Part shown: piece by piece, positions 37,243 through 51,402 of the stretch
Layout of the letters: the number at the start of each line of letters is the position of its first letter
Numbering within the stretch: the first letter of the stretch is position 1
Assembly: GCF_001194135.2 (NCBI RefSeq)
Contig: NC_068987.1
Span: 89,716,714-89,780,713 of the forward strand
Reading direction: 5' to 3'
DNA: 64,000 nt
From: Octopus bimaculoides
Lineage: Eukaryota
Notes under the pieces: generated by a model
Told to the model about the DNA's origin: nothing
What the model saw: the letters and a program-made list of their open reading frames with translations, nothing else
Database searches by the model: none
Made by a program: the position numbers and the translations under genes

Positions 37243-39129
37243 GGTGTGAGAAAATATTTGAGTTCGAATTATTGTGGAAACGATTGAGAATATAGAGGGA
37301 AATAAGAGAATGAAAGTAGGAATTAGATGAATAAAGATATTGTAGATGCAGTTCCATTATTCGAGGAAAATGGTGTATAGAAGTGGTAAAAAAGATTCCT
37401 GTACATGGTGTGTAAGTTCCAATAGCAGATAAAGCACAATTTATTCGCGATGAGAGTCGTTCGAAAACCGAGGTACTACTGTATGTATGTATGTATGTAT
37501 GTATGTATGTATGTATGTATGTATGTATGTATGTATGTATATATATATATATATATATATANNNNNNNNNNNNNNNNNNNNNNNNNNNNNNNNNNNNNNN
37601 NNNNNNNNNNNNNNNNNNNNNNNNNNNNNNNNNNNNNNNNNNNNNNNNNNNNNNNNNNNNNNNNNNNNNNNNNNNNNNNNNATATATATAAAGCACGATT
37701 TGTTCGTGATCAGAGGCGTTCGTAAACCGAGGTTCTACTGTATTTGTAAGAAGAATTCGAAGAATGAGGAGGGAAAGTATAATGTTTTAAATGCTTGCTC
37801 TTCAGGAAGTACTGAACAAATTACAGCTCAGGACCTTATAATCTGCCGGGACTCCAAAACTTATTGGTTTCCCATTTAGCTATCACGGAGTTTTCAGAGT
37901 TAAAGAACGCTTTCGGCCACAAGTAGACAGCATAAGACTGGTGGAACTTGATTAGTTTAGCTTGCTTGAAGTAGTTGGATTCAGAAATTAGCGATAATTG
38001 TGCAGCAGGATTATGTAAAGTGGATAGAACTAATTAATCTGCAGAGGACGAAGAAAAAGAAGCTAGACAATATCTATGGTTATGTTGCTTTTTGTTCCAA
38101 CTGAGATCAGACAAGAGTGCAGATGGCCGAGTCAAGTTTTACTGTTCGTACCAAGGGTAATGAATCGTGTCGACATAGTTAATACTCAAATGATGAATGC
38201 ACTCCATCTAACTGTAAATAAGTGCTACATGGTATAGCTTGGCTTCCCCAAGTTAGACACAAAGTCGGAGTCTCTTGTGGTGCAACTTATTACCCTCTCC
38301 CCACCAGCACTCCAAATTATTATACTTGCAAAATAAGGGAACTGAAACAACTAATGGCAGCTGGTGGCGCCCAATTGGATTAAAATAAGATAAAAATCCC
38401 CACATGGTTGAGTAGGGAAGTTCTTAATCCCATAGGTGACATGTTGATAAAATGGATGAAGATCATGATCTGTATTTCAAAACATCACTCAGTCAAAGAT
38501 AATTTTTTTCGCTAGTAGAAGAGAACCCGGCATTGCAAACCGACAAAACACTCGTCAATTTTCCATTGCTACCGCTTCTTACACCAGTTGATTGTTCCTC
38601 CTAGTTTACATATGGTTCCTATCTACAGGAAAGTAAACTGGGTCTTTTAAGAATAAAGGTCTTGGCTGAAGATACAACGCAAAACCACTGCTTCGTTTTT
38701 CAGTGACACACCCACGCAGTCTTCTTTTCGCTTATAGAAAAAGACAATATGTTATAAGAATCAATTGTTATCTTTAATATAAAAAAAAAATTAATAGATC
38801 ATTTTAAATTTTAAAATGAATTTAGATTAACTAATTTAAAATCTCGTGTTATATCGTGCTGAAGAGTCTAGAAAAAGGACGAAATAATCCACGGCTACCA
38901 GAGATTTTAAGGACTTTAATCTCCCATTAAGTAGCACTTCTCAGTAATTCCACCACGTGTTTATAAAATAAATATAATTTTATCTAATAGGACAAGTGAA
39001 ATAGACGAATAGATTGAGTTTTAGACACCTCTGTGTTTAGGAGTTCACATGCACCCAGATATGTTTATAGGGAAATATAAATAATTCCAAAGAAGTAAGT
39101 TAAGACATTTTGCATGTTTCTGGTTTTAT

Positions 39130-39775
39130 AAGGTACATTCTATAAGTTTTCAGACTTTATTAGGAGAGACATTTATTAATTTCAAAGAAGTACAAAACTC
39201 TAGACTCCTTCAAAATAGAATCCTCTGACTTCACTCGTAGCACTTGCTGTAGCACTCCAGCCATTTTCTAAATGCCCTAAAGAAGTCCTCCAAAGTGATG
39301 GTTTCCAGGACCTTTGTTACAGTCTCACTCATCTTCAAAATGACTTCTACTGAGATTCTTGTTTGTTATTAGGATACTCATCGCTGAGCACCCTGCGAAC
39401 AAACTTTGCACAAGTTTTGCGCAGTTCTTCATGAGTGATTCTGACTAGAGTTTCCTCACCAACTCCAAACTGTCTGCTTATTCTCTTTACTGACACACGA
39501 CAGTCTTCATCCAGAAAATGGCGAATTTTCTCAATCAGCTCTGATTCTGACACTACCTCTCCCTCCTACAACTCTCATCATCTCTCATCTCTCTACTGTC
39601 CTTGAATTTCTTGTACCAACGAAGAGATTAATCCATAAGCAGTCTGGAGAATTTTACAAGTTTTTGCAGCGATTTTGTCCAGATTAAACTTTATTGCATA
39701 GCGAGATTCCGAACGTCCCGGCAGCCTTCTGCAAACTAGTCAGCTGTGACAAGTAACGTTTAGAAGGGTGTGCTC
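39130..39775 (-). mobile_element. Internally deleted mariner element
   Basis: EDCRVSVKRISRQFGVGEETLVRITHEELRKTCAKFVRRVLS joined to the C-terminus TITLEDFFRAFRKWLECYSKC...FYFEG. TIR-like end at 39130-39160. Confidence 0.75.
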
Positions 39776-42700
39776 AAACAGCTATCTCCTTCACTATGGA
39801 ATAAGAAAAGATAACAGGTCAACTTATTCGATGTATAATAATGATATACTAAAACTACAACAATCTAGGACAGTTATTAGTGCCTTTCATAAAAACAAAA
39901 AACCCAGAAAAATTCTGGAATGCAGCCTTGTATTTTACAAGTTGTCTATTATATTAATAACTGAGAACCAATTAAAATACCAGTCACTGTTACACTACGA
40001 ACTACGTGCAAAGTTCAGTGGTTAAAAGGAAACCCCAAATTTAATACATATACCAACCGTTGTGTTTAAAAGATGTTAATATATTCATGCGGTCATAAGG
40101 CGGCAAGCTGGCGGAATCGTTAACATACTAGACGAAATACTTAGCAACATTACGCTCGTCTTTTTGTTCTGAGTTTCAAATTCTTCTAGCGAATTACTGC
40201 TTGTTGATAGAACTGGTGATCTATTAATTCAATTTAGCTACTTGAAGACAGTATAGAGTTCTGAACTTCATAGTGTCACCAATTGAAGTTGGATGACTTC
40301 CCGTTGAAACCAAGATAAATTTTCTTTAACCTCTTTATACACGATTAACACAAGGCTATAACTATTTTTATTTTACTGGTGTTGTTGGTTCGTAGTCAAA
40401 TTTATGACAAAAGTTCTTTCCGAAATATTTGAGTAGAACTATTTCTGCTTTTGAGTAACTCCACTGGTTTCGAAATAAATTTATTTCCTGAAATTCTCTA
40501 TTCCGGTTTTCTCCCTAATGATATTCGTGTTGGATGTCTATGAATTTGTCTCTTTCCTCAAAACACATTGGTTATATTTATCTTTAATTAAAGCGGTGAG
40601 CTTGCAGGGTCGTTTGTGGGGTCAGGCAAAAATACCACCTCTTTAGCAGTGATTCTTCCAGGTTTATGTTCCGAGTTCAAATAATGCTGAGGTCAATTTT
40701 GCCTTTCATGCTTTCTGGATTGATAAAATAAGTATCAGTTAAGCACTGGGCTCTATCTAATCAACTTACCCTCTCACCTAAAATATAGCTGGCCTTGTGC
40801 AAAAATTAGAATTATTATTTATATCTTTGGAAGGTTAAGGAATCGACCGATATATATATATATATATATCGGTCTTCTTTTGACTCCAAGTGTGAACTAG
40901 TCATGAAGAAAACTCTGGGGTCACATGACTGAATTCTGATCTAAAGAAGGGATGAAGAATAACCTCCATGGGTTAATTTTTAAAAAAAAGCAGGCTTGAC
41001 TGTGTGGTAAGAAGTTTGCTTCCCAACTACATGGTTCTGAGTTCAGTCCCATTGCGTGGCACTTTTGGAAAGTAGCTTCCTCTATCACCTCGAGACAGCC
41101 AAACCGGCGTTTCGAAGAGCTGGGTAGGACGCATTGTTAAAACGGCTCTTCCCATGGACCGCAAATTAAATTTGTATACACAAATTAAACCTTGCCATGG
41201 AGGAATGTAGTGGCGGACAAAAATCAAGACAGGAAAATAAACAGAAAAGGCTATACGGCCGGACGGGAAAAATTATGTGTGTATGAACGTTGTGAGGCAC
41301 GAACTTAAAAGTGGAGACGAAGTAAGTTCGCGTGTTTGCTCGGCGATAGCCAAGGAAGAAAAGGATTATTGACCGGAAGCATGTGNNNNNNNNNNGTACG
41401 AGGGGGGGGGGAAGAAATACGTAGTAGTAACAGAGGAAGAACGAGAGGGGTAAAGAGAGATAAGTAGTAGTGAACAGAGGAAGAACGAGAGGGGGAAAAA
41501 TGATAGAGGAAGAGAAAGAGAAAGAGATAGAGTAGCGTCGGAAAATATAAAGTTGCGATAACTACTTACAAATTGGTGACGCTGCGTTCGGTCATGTAAA
41601 AACAAATAGTAAATGAGTATATGCATATATACGTACAGGTATGTGCATACCGACATCCACCTGTATGTATAGGTGCATATCTGGGTACAGGACATTGCAA
41701 ACAAAACGTAGACAAGAAAACACACAAGCCACATAGGACTTTTCTCAGTTTCCATATATAAATATCTTTGTGTGTTTTCTGTCTGTGTTTGTCCCACTTT
41801 ACCTCTTGACAAACGGTATTGCTGTGTTTACTTTCTTTGTAACCTAGCGGTTAAACAATTTAAATATTACTGCCTTCGGTTGCATAATGCGGTTAAATTA
41901 CGCTGAAATTCAATTATCAGTGTGGTTTGATAGCCGGATCTCAGTTAGAGTGCTTACAGCAGGTTCCACTCTGTAGCATTTGCCGATTATTTAACCAAAA
42001 ACTTATATACATCCATGCTTTAGTTTTATTTTTCTGGTTTCATCACCAAACCTATATACACATATGTATATAACACCCCCCCACACATTTGTATATATGT
42101 GATTAATACATATTTTTATCAGTCCTATCTCAGTCATTCGTAGGATTTGCATTGAGGGCTGTGCAGTAGCATAAATAAATAGAAGATATTTAACGGCTCT
42201 CTACAGATTCGGACACTCACAAATTTATTCTAATTTTGGTAACATTGCTTTCTGACATAGACACAAGTCAAAAATAAAAAAAAGTACACATCTTAGGAAT
42301 GCAGAAAATCGATTAAATCAACCTCATTACTCGATCGGTATTTAATTTATCGATCCGAAACAGAGAAAATTGAAAAGTATGAAATGGTTGAAAACAGGAT
42401 ATATACGGTTCCTTCCATCCCTTATAGAAATCACTGATAAACTTAAATATTTATAAACAATCTGTTTTGTTGTGCTGCATAGATTCAAGTGGAGGTAGCG
42501 ACAAAGTAACTCGCTTGAAAAGGATACCACTCTTGTGTCCATCGAACATATCTCAACAAAAAATAGATGGGCATCTGACCAGATTTCGGTAATCTATGGC
42601 AACAGACGCAGGTCAAACATATTTTTTTTAGTTTCCAAAGGATTTTCCCTTTCTAATCAGACCTCACCTATGTTTGATACGGGAAGGTTAAGAGGTCAGT

Positions 42701-42814
42701 TTACTCTCGTAAATTTCCAAATTCAAAAGGCGAGAACAATAGGAAGAGAAGTTATAGGATATTGCGGATTCGGTTTGGAATCCTAGCTCAGCCATCTGGA
42801 AGTTATTCGTTACA

Positions 42815-42867
<53 letters not shown>

Positions 42868-44290
42868 ACGGTCTCAGCTAGACTACCGGATGTTGTTATA
42901 CATCGTTGGTCATCGTTTTAGCTTTCGAATGGTGCAACTCCATTGGATAGGCGAGGAGGCCAACATCTCCCTAATCGGAAGGCTTGTCCATTTCATGGTT
43001 ACTCACTTACAACATAGTGGACTGGAGCAATGTGAAATGAAGTGTCTTGCTCAAGACCGCATCTAGTGATTAGGGGCTTCATGTACGATAAGAGAAGGGG
43101 AACAACCAAAAGCTGAAGTTTTAAAAAAGTGGTTCAAAAATGTTCTTTCTATTTGAACGCACTTCTTCCGGGTCGTAGTTTCCTCGCTAATTCAATGGAG
43201 AAGGGAACGGGCTGTTTCCGAACGATCGTTCATGATCTGATGTGAAATGCGTGGTGCATGTCGATAGCCGCCATGACGGGCGCTGATGCAGTCGACACAC
43301 GACCTGTTGTCTTAGTTATTGCCGTATCGAGGAAAAAGATTTCGATATAAATGAGTCTTTGTATACGTGTCCTACCCAACTCCTCCAAAATATCATACAA
43401 CACCATTTAAAACATTTTCCCGTAAAATACTGATATTTTACTCCTCAGTGACATGACACAAGCAACGAATTCTAGAGTTAGGCGTCCAGCATCCACCTGG
43501 TTCAGTCGGTTGTGTTTACTCAGCTGTTTATGATATATTTTTTTGTTTTGTTTCACAAGCTGTAATAAACAGTTCAAAAGTCACAAACTATAAACGGTAA
43601 CGAGTATTTTGTTAACGGGACAATCTTCTTCTGTGAACTTGCATCGGACACAAAGTCTTCCTAAGTTAATAATGCTTGAGATTGCTATTTTCTCAGTTTA
43701 CATCGTCACCCAAACTTTAAAATACAAACATCTCCAAAAAAGTTTCGTTTAGGAGTTTTAGCCAAAGTGTCTTGCTTGAAAAAGATTGAGAGACACAAAC
43801 AACAATAGATTAAATCTGTCCCTCTACATTATTGGATCTCGTCCCCACCACCATCACAACCACCGCGGCCGCCTCCACCGCCGCCGCCTCCACCGCCNNN
43901 NNNNNNNNNNNNNNNNNNNNNNNNNNNNNNNNNNNNNNNNNNNNNNNNNNNNNNNNNNNNNNNNNNNNNNNNNNNNNNNNNNNNNNNNNNNNNNNNNNNN
44001 NNNNNNNNNNNNNNNNNNNNNNNNNNNNNNNNNNNNNNNNNNNNNNNNNNNNNNNNNNNNNNNNNNNNNNNNNNNNNNNNNNNNNNNNNNNNNNNNNNNN
44101 NNNNNNNNNNNNNNNNNNNNNNNNNNNNNNNNNNNNNNNNNNNNNNNNNNNNNNNNNNTGTTGTGATCTCGATCACTTATATACACCATAAAAACCGGGT
44201 AACCGGCCTTAGGAGTCTCAAGGCTCAAGAAAAACAAAATGTTATGCAAGGGAGAGATTTATCTCTCAGCCAATATCTCGGAAGAAAATT

Positions 44291-44506
44291 AAGGCGGAGA
44301 GCTGGCAGAAACGTTAGCACGCCAGGCGAAATGCTTAGCGGTATTTCGTCTGCCGTTACGTTCTGACCTCAAATTCCGCCGAGGTCGACTTTGCCTTTCA
44401 TCTTTTCGGGGTCGATAAATTAAGTACCCGTTGCGCACTGGGATCGATCTAATCGATTAGCTCCTCCCCCAAAATTTCGGGCCTTGTGCCTTGAGTAGAA
44501 AAGAAT
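44291..44506 (+). mobile_element. Full-length SINE family A copy
   Basis: Runs from the AAGGCGGAGAGCTGGCAGAAACG head to the GTAGAAAAGAAT tail. Confidence 0.9.
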
Positions 44507-45669
44507 ATCCTGGAAGAAAATTGGAGGAGAACGCTATGTGCCGAGAAGGTATCAATCAATAGATTTAAACTTCACGAAACAGGATTTTCCATGTCGATCA
44601 TCTGGTTTTACAGAACGAGGTCCATCAACCTGCAAGAAATAGCAGCCGAATCTTTCTCAGATTTCATTTTATCGTCTTAAAAAAATGAGGGACGCATTTG
44701 ATAATTCTAGATATGCAAAGCCAAAGAGAAAGATAGGATTGGTATGGCTGGAACGCCTTGTTCATGATTGTGTCTCGTCCTTTTATCGACCTCCACAGAT
44801 TTCCACCAAAGTCTTTGTTGATTGCTCTGTTGATCTATCAACTCGGTCACATTCGGATCTGAAGACTTTGGTAAATCTGGATAAAAACAAGAAATGTGAT
44901 CGTGAAGAATCTTTTCTTTGACGTTTCCATCGAATAAAATTATCATTTAGAAGACATAATAATAATAGTTTCAAATTTTGGCCCAAGGCCAACAATTTTG
45001 AAGGGAGGGGCTTAGTCGATTACATCAATTCCAATGCTCTACTGGTATTTATTTTATCGATTTCGAAAGGACGAAAGGCAAAGTCAACTTCGGCAGTATT
45101 TGGATTCAGAACGTAAAAAGCCGGAAGAAATTCGTTTAGCATTTTGTTCGTCATGGTAACGAATCTGTCTCCTCGCCGCGTCCTATCTACTAAAGACCTG
45201 AAAAATAGATGGTGGGTAGAGGGGACTTAACCAATTACATCGATTCCAGTGATTGCTTAGTATTTATTTTCTTGACTCTGAAAGGATGAACGGTAAAGTC
45301 AATTTCGGCAGTATTTGAACACAGAATGTAAAAACGGACGAAATGTCGCTAAGCATTTTACCCTGCTAAGCTTTTACATAGTACATATATACATACATAA
45401 ATATATACACACAGACACAATATAATATAATATCTTAAAACATTTGTAAAATATGTCAGACATTGTATGTCTGAAGAACACAGAATTCTTTTCTACTTTT
45501 CTACTCTAGGCACAAGGCCCGAAATGTTTGGGGAGGGGAGCCAGTCGATTAGATCGATCCAGTACGCAACTGGTACTTAATTTATCGAATAAAAGGATGA
45601 AGGAAAAGTCGACCTCAGCGGAACTTGAACTAAGAACGTAAAGACAGGCGAAATATCGCTAATCGTTTC

Positions 45670-48188
45670 GACCGACGTGCTAACCCGTATGCCAGTCCGC
45701 CGCCTTAATAATATAATATCTTAAAACATCTGTAAAATATGCCAGATATTGTATGTCTGAAGAACACAGAATTGTATCATATGCGTAATTCATTTGGGTT
45801 AAGTCTACTAATCGGCTTTTGTTATCGTGACCGTCACTGGTTTCCTTAGATTTGAATGCTTCACTTTATCATTATCAGAAAGCTGCTTTATCTATATCTT
45901 GCATTAAAGCAAAGTACACCCATATGTTGTGAAGCCACTTTGTAGCACAATACGCCCTGTGTTTCACATTAAACTAAGTACATCGGAAAGAAAAGTAAGG
46001 AAGCGGTTGAAACGGAAGTAGGATTCTCTCTGAAGTTATGAGTTCGAATTCTATCAGTGTCGATATTTGCCTTTTATTAAAAAAGTCTATCTTACAAGTA
46101 GTTGATTGAATAGACTCTTGCCCAGGACTGGATATAAACCTTGTGGAACCTATGGCTCAATAGGTTTTGGTTCCAAAGATTTCGCGTCGGTAATTTTCAA
46201 CGGTTTTGTAAACGAGATTGTGCATTACAAAAACAAATATAACTTTGAAAATAATTTAAATACAAAAAAACATTTATAAAATATTTATAATTTCATATCA
46301 GTTTTGCATTTTCTAAATTTTTTATTTTTGCATATTCCATAATTTTAATGACTGCCATCGCTTTGCTAGTTTGTGACGATGTTGTCTTGTTTGGAAAATG
46401 TATTGCAGTTGGTTACCCTCTTATTATATCAGAAGAAAAAAGGCGGCGAGTTGGAAGAAACGTTAGCACGCCGGGCGAAATGCTTAGCAGTGTTTCCTAT
46501 TTCTTTATTGCCCCCAAGGGTCTAAACATAGAGGGGACAAACAAAGGGATTAAGTCGATTACATCAACCCCAGTGCGTAACTGGTACTTAATTTATCGAC
46601 CCCCAAAGGATGAAAGGCAAAGTCGACCTCGGCGGAATTTGAACTCAGAACGTAACGGCAGACGAAATACCGCTATGCATTTCGCCCGGTGTGCTAACGT
46701 TTCNNNNNNNNNNNNNNNNNNNNNNNNNNNNNNNNNNNNNNNNNNNNNNNNNNNNNNNNNNNNNNNNNNNNNNNNNNNNNNNNNNNNNNNNNNNNNNNNN
46801 NNNNNNNNNNNNNNNNNNNNNNNNNNNNNNNNNNNNNNNNNNNNNNNNNNNNNNNNNNNNNNNNNNNNNNNNNNNNNNNNNNNNNNNNNNNNNNNNNNNN
46901 NNNNNNNNNNNNNNNNNNNNNNNNNNNNNNNNNNNNNNNNNNNNNNNNNNNNNNNNNNNNNNNNNNNNNNNNNNNNNNNNNNNNNNNNNNNNNNNNNNNN
47001 NNNNNNNNNNNNNNNNNNNNNNNNNNNNNNNNNNNNNNNNNNNNNNNNNNNNNNNNNNNNNNNNNNNNNNNNNNNNNNNNNNNNNNNNNNNNNNNNNNNN
47101 NNNNNNNNNNNNNNNNNNNNNNNNNNNNNNNNNNNNNNNNNNNNNNNNNNNNNNNNNNNNNNNNNNNNNNNNNNNNNNNNNNNNNNNNNNNNNNNNNNNN
47201 NNNNNNNNNNNNNNNNNNNNNNNNNNNNNNNNNNNNNNNNNNNNNNNNNNNNNNNNNNNNNNNNNNNNNNNNNNNNNNNNNNNNNNNNNNNNNNNNNNNN
47301 NNNNNNNNNNNNNNNNNNNNNNNNNNNNNNNNNNNNNNNNNNNNNNNNNNNNNNNNNNNNNNNNNNNNNNNNNNNNNNNNNNNNNNNNNNNNNNNNNNNN
47401 NNNNNNNNNNNNNNNNNNNNNNNNNNNNNNNNNNNNNNNNNNNNNNNNNNNNNNNNNNNNNNNNNNNNNNNNNNNNNNNNNNNNNNNNNNNNNNNNNNNN
47501 NNNNNNNNNNNNNNNNNNNNNNNNNNNNNNNNNNNNNNNNNNNNNNNNNNNNNNNNNNNNNNNNNNNNNNNNNNNNNNNNNNNNNNNNNNNNNNNNNNNN
47601 NNNNNNNNNNNNNNNNNNNNNNNNNNNNNNNNNNNGACCGACGTGCTAACCCGTATGCCAGTCCGCCGCCTTAATAATATAATATCTTAAAACATCTGTA
47701 AAATATGCCAGATATTGTATGTCTGAAGAACACAGAATTGTATCATATGTGCTATTCATTTGGGTTAAGTCTACTAATCGGCTTTTGTTATCGTGACCGT
47801 CACTGGTTTCCTTAGATTTGAATGCTTCACTTTATCATTATCAGAAAGCTACTTTATCTATATCTTGCATTAAAGCAAAGTACACCCATATGTTGTGAAG
47901 CCACTTTGTAGCACAATACGCCCTGTGTTTCACATTAAACTAAGTACATCGGAAAGAAAAGTAAGGAAGCGGTTGAAACGGAAGTAGGATTTTCTTTGAA
48001 GTTATGAGTTCGAATTCTATCAGTGTCGATTTTTGCCTTTTATTAAAATAGTCTACCTTACAAGTAGTTGATTGAATAGACTCTTGCCCAGGACTGAATA
48101 TAAACCTTGTGGAACCCATGGCTCAATAGGTTTTGGCTCCAACGATTTTGCGTCGGTGATTTTCAACTGTTTTGTAAACAACGAGATT
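45670..48188 (+). repeat. ~550-bp direct duplication (45670-46219 and 47636-48188) across a 932-N gap
   Basis: The copies align base for base with scattered substitutions and diverge after AACGAGATT. Confidence 0.9.
46704..47635. other. Assembly gap (largest of many N runs)
   Basis: Other large gaps at 15570-16068, 19128-19800, 34338-35083, ~43898-44158, ~56515-57025 and 58159-58969. Confidence 0.99.
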
Positions 48189-48294
48189 TTTCTAATATTT
48201 TTTTCATCAAATATTTTCATCTTCAAAGATTTTAAAATCTCTTCATCATTAATTTCTCAGAAATCCTGAAAATGTCATACAATAAGCCATAGAC

Positions 48295-48640
48295 GTGAAT
48301 GCGCATGTCTCAGTGGTTAGAGCGTCGGGTTCACAATCATAAAGTAATGAGTTCGATTCCTGGACCGGGATGTGTGTTATGTTCTTGAGCAAGACAGTTT
48401 ATTGCACATTGCTCCAGTTCACTCAGCTGTAGAAATGAGTTGCAACGTCACTGGTGCCAAGCTGTATCGGTCCCTTTGCCTTTCCCTTGGATAACATCTG
48501 TGGGGAGGTTGGTATGCATGTGTGACTTCTGGTCTTCCATAAACAGCTTTGCCCGGACTTGTGCCTCGGAAGGGAACTTTCTAGGTGCAATCTCATGGTC
48601 ATTCATAACTGAAGGGTGTCTTTATCATTTTACCCTTTCT
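48295..48640 (+). mobile_element. tRNA-derived SINE family D (CORE-like)
   Basis: A-box TGTCTCAGTGG, B-box GTTCGATTCC, CORE-like block; homologous to 5760-6120. Confidence 0.8.
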
Positions 48641-49635
48641 AAGCCATAGACGCAAGACGTACACTATTTACTACAAACAGTAGATTGTATGCCACCTGGG
48701 AAGCTCTTCAGTTTACCATCCCCACCGTGCCCCTATAGAAGCTTGTACAGAAAACCCAGAAGCGCTGACACTATAAAAGAATCTCTCGGGGCAGGTCGCC
48801 CCCTCGTATCTAGCTATGCTGCTACAAACAAATACTCAGGAATATTTTCCTATGAAAAATATCAAGTGTAAATTTTATTACATTTTTGAAAAAATTGCTA
48901 TACACTTAAAAAGGTGGGGTCACGAAAGAAGGGACCAAGAGTTCGATGGTTCGTATCCCATCCTTGATGCTGCAGTGCAATCCTGGTTAAGAAACGTTGG
49001 CATCAGCGACAAGGTTTATAACGAGCTTTAATCAACTGGCTAACGGTTTAGAAAATAATTTCCCATTGTGAACAGTGGCAGCATTGTGAATTTAATGAAT
49101 GTTTTAAACCCCAACCCGGACTCTTCCTCTGCATATAAAGTTAGCTGCGATAGAGCAGCGTCCTACAGTCTAACTTGAAGATATATTATCAATCGGCCGC
49201 GGTATGTTACAGTACACTCGAGATAAGAAGAGAACAGCTTCACATTTATTGTGATAAGGGAGAAGAAGAGGTGGAGGTGGGGATCCAGTTGATACCAGTA
49301 GCGTAGCTGAGGGTGGGGACGAGGAGACTGTACATCCTTGGCAACGTTTGAATGAGGGTGGCATTTTTGAGTTTGCTGTATAAGCCTGTATAGGCATGGG
49401 GACCCATTGAGGGGGTAAATTCAAGGGTTTTCCCGAGCGACACACACTCTGTCTACACCATTTGCTAGTACACCGTCGAAGGTCAGGAAAGTCAGGGAAG
49501 GGACCGTGAATATTTGACAGGTCAACCCTTAAAAAAGAAAGAACAAAACTCACAATCACTCTTGACTTCTGGACCTGAAAACAGTCTCGTTCTGTTTAAC
49601 AAAATTACTTCCAGAAGCCCTACTTGAGATATATA

Positions 49636-50496
49636 CAGGCTGTGATGGGTAATTTTCTCGCATACGCATTGTTTGTTTTTGATTTTGTCGACTGTACAGT
49701 ATAGTTGGGTCAGTTCGGCACCGTCTGTGAGAAAAACAGTACCATGATGCGATTCACTCTACCAGAAATTTGGAAACAACATGCTGTACTGCTTGGCATT
49801 CGCGCTGGACAGTCCAATACAAACATTTCAGAGTGTTTGGGTGTCAATCTGAGGACAGTGCAATCAGAGGACATATACCGAGCGTGATAAAAATCAAACA
49901 TCCAGTCAACATCATGGTATTTGCAGTGATCACTAGCGATGGCGACGTTATGCCTCCATTCATCTTCCCACACAGCCTCAGACTCAACACGGAGGCCTAA
50001 ATTCTAGTGCCTGGAGGAGGTAGTGCTGCCCTGGGTCAAGAGGGTGACTGCTGAAAGACCCTATGTCTGGTAGCAGGACTCTGCACAATGCCACACAAGC
50101 AGGAGAACCCAATCATGGCAGTAGGACAATTTCTGCGACCACACCACTCCTAACATCTGGCCGTCTAATTCCATAGACAGCAGCCCCCTTTATTATGTGT
50201 GAGGCGCAGTTGAGTGAGACACCAACAGAACTCATTGTAACATCAAAGGTGAACTGAAGGCAAAGATTATGGCAGCGTTCACCAACTTAAGCAAGAAGAC
50301 TGTCCAAAAGAGTTGTAGGAGATTCCGAAGTCGTCTGGAGGCCGTGGTGGAAACCAATGGCGATTTTATTGAATAAATTTACTCTTCAGTATTTCAAGAT
50401 ATTTTGATGTAATTTTGGTGAATATATCTGTTAAAATGATATGTCAGTGTTATTTTCAATTTTGCGTAATCTAGACAATTTATTCACCGCAGCCTA
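49636..50496 (+). mobile_element. Internally deleted Tc1/mariner-superfamily element, DD37D (maT-like) spacing
   Basis: TA-flanked imperfect TIRs. Decayed transposase KHPVNIMVF...QDSAQCHTS...WPSNSIDSSPL-YYV*G...RLEAVVETNGDFIE*, with 37 residues between the second Asp and the expected third Asp. Confidence 0.8.
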
Positions 50497-51402
50497 TATA
50501 TAAAATATAAATACATTTTTAATAAAATGCCTTTATTTATTTCTATGTTTGTTTCATTAATGAACATTAATGAATAGTGAGTGGTTGAAACTGTGGAACA
50601 ATGGAAACTTTGTGTGCTTCGTTTCATCTCTCGGATCGATAAAATATAAGCAAAAGTGAAATCGCATTATGTTACTTCGTTCCATGCCAGAATTGATAAA
50701 TATACATTAAACCCTGCCTATGTTTATGCAGACCTGTGTGTCGACTTGTGACTCTGCATGTTAAAACGCAATTTAGTAATTCGATATACAGATATCCAAA
50801 GAGTAGGATCGCGAATACAAGCGGCCGAAAAGGGGGTACCTCCGAAGGATCTCTAGGGTAACGTTAATTGACAGGTTTCGTAATTCGGAGATTAAGGAGT
50901 CCCTCCAAGTGAAGACCCTATTTCTCCGCATTGAGAGACCCCAACTTCAGAAATATGTACATGTGGTTAGAATGCTGCAGGAAAGAATCACAAGACGGAT
51001 TTTTCAAGCTTAGTGAATCGGCAGAAGACCCAGGGGTGGAACAAGAACGAGATGTTTGGATGATATCCATAATTGCAGTCGGTCACGCTTTGGAGATCCG
51101 TCTGTCGGAGAGTTTAATGACAGTTGCTTCTGATAGGACTCTACGGAAGAGATGCCTGAGGACTCTAACGCCACGACCCTCCCATTAATAGTCGACGGGG
51201 AAAATCGATGGAGTGGATAGATAAAGTAGCTATTGATAATATATGCTACCAGATTGAATGAAATCAATATAATCGATTAAAACCGCTGGAAGCAGTAGTG
51301 ACTCCCGCCCAGTATGAATCTTAATTCGATGAATGGAATCAGTTGAAGAAATACAATTATCAAACTGAAATTAATGAGAAATTATTAAGTTAACAGATAA
51401 TT

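Noticed and set aside
43846-43897. His/Ala/Gly-rich ORFs at a (CAC/CCG)n tract
   Set aside because: A trinucleotide repeat running into a gap, with no coding context.
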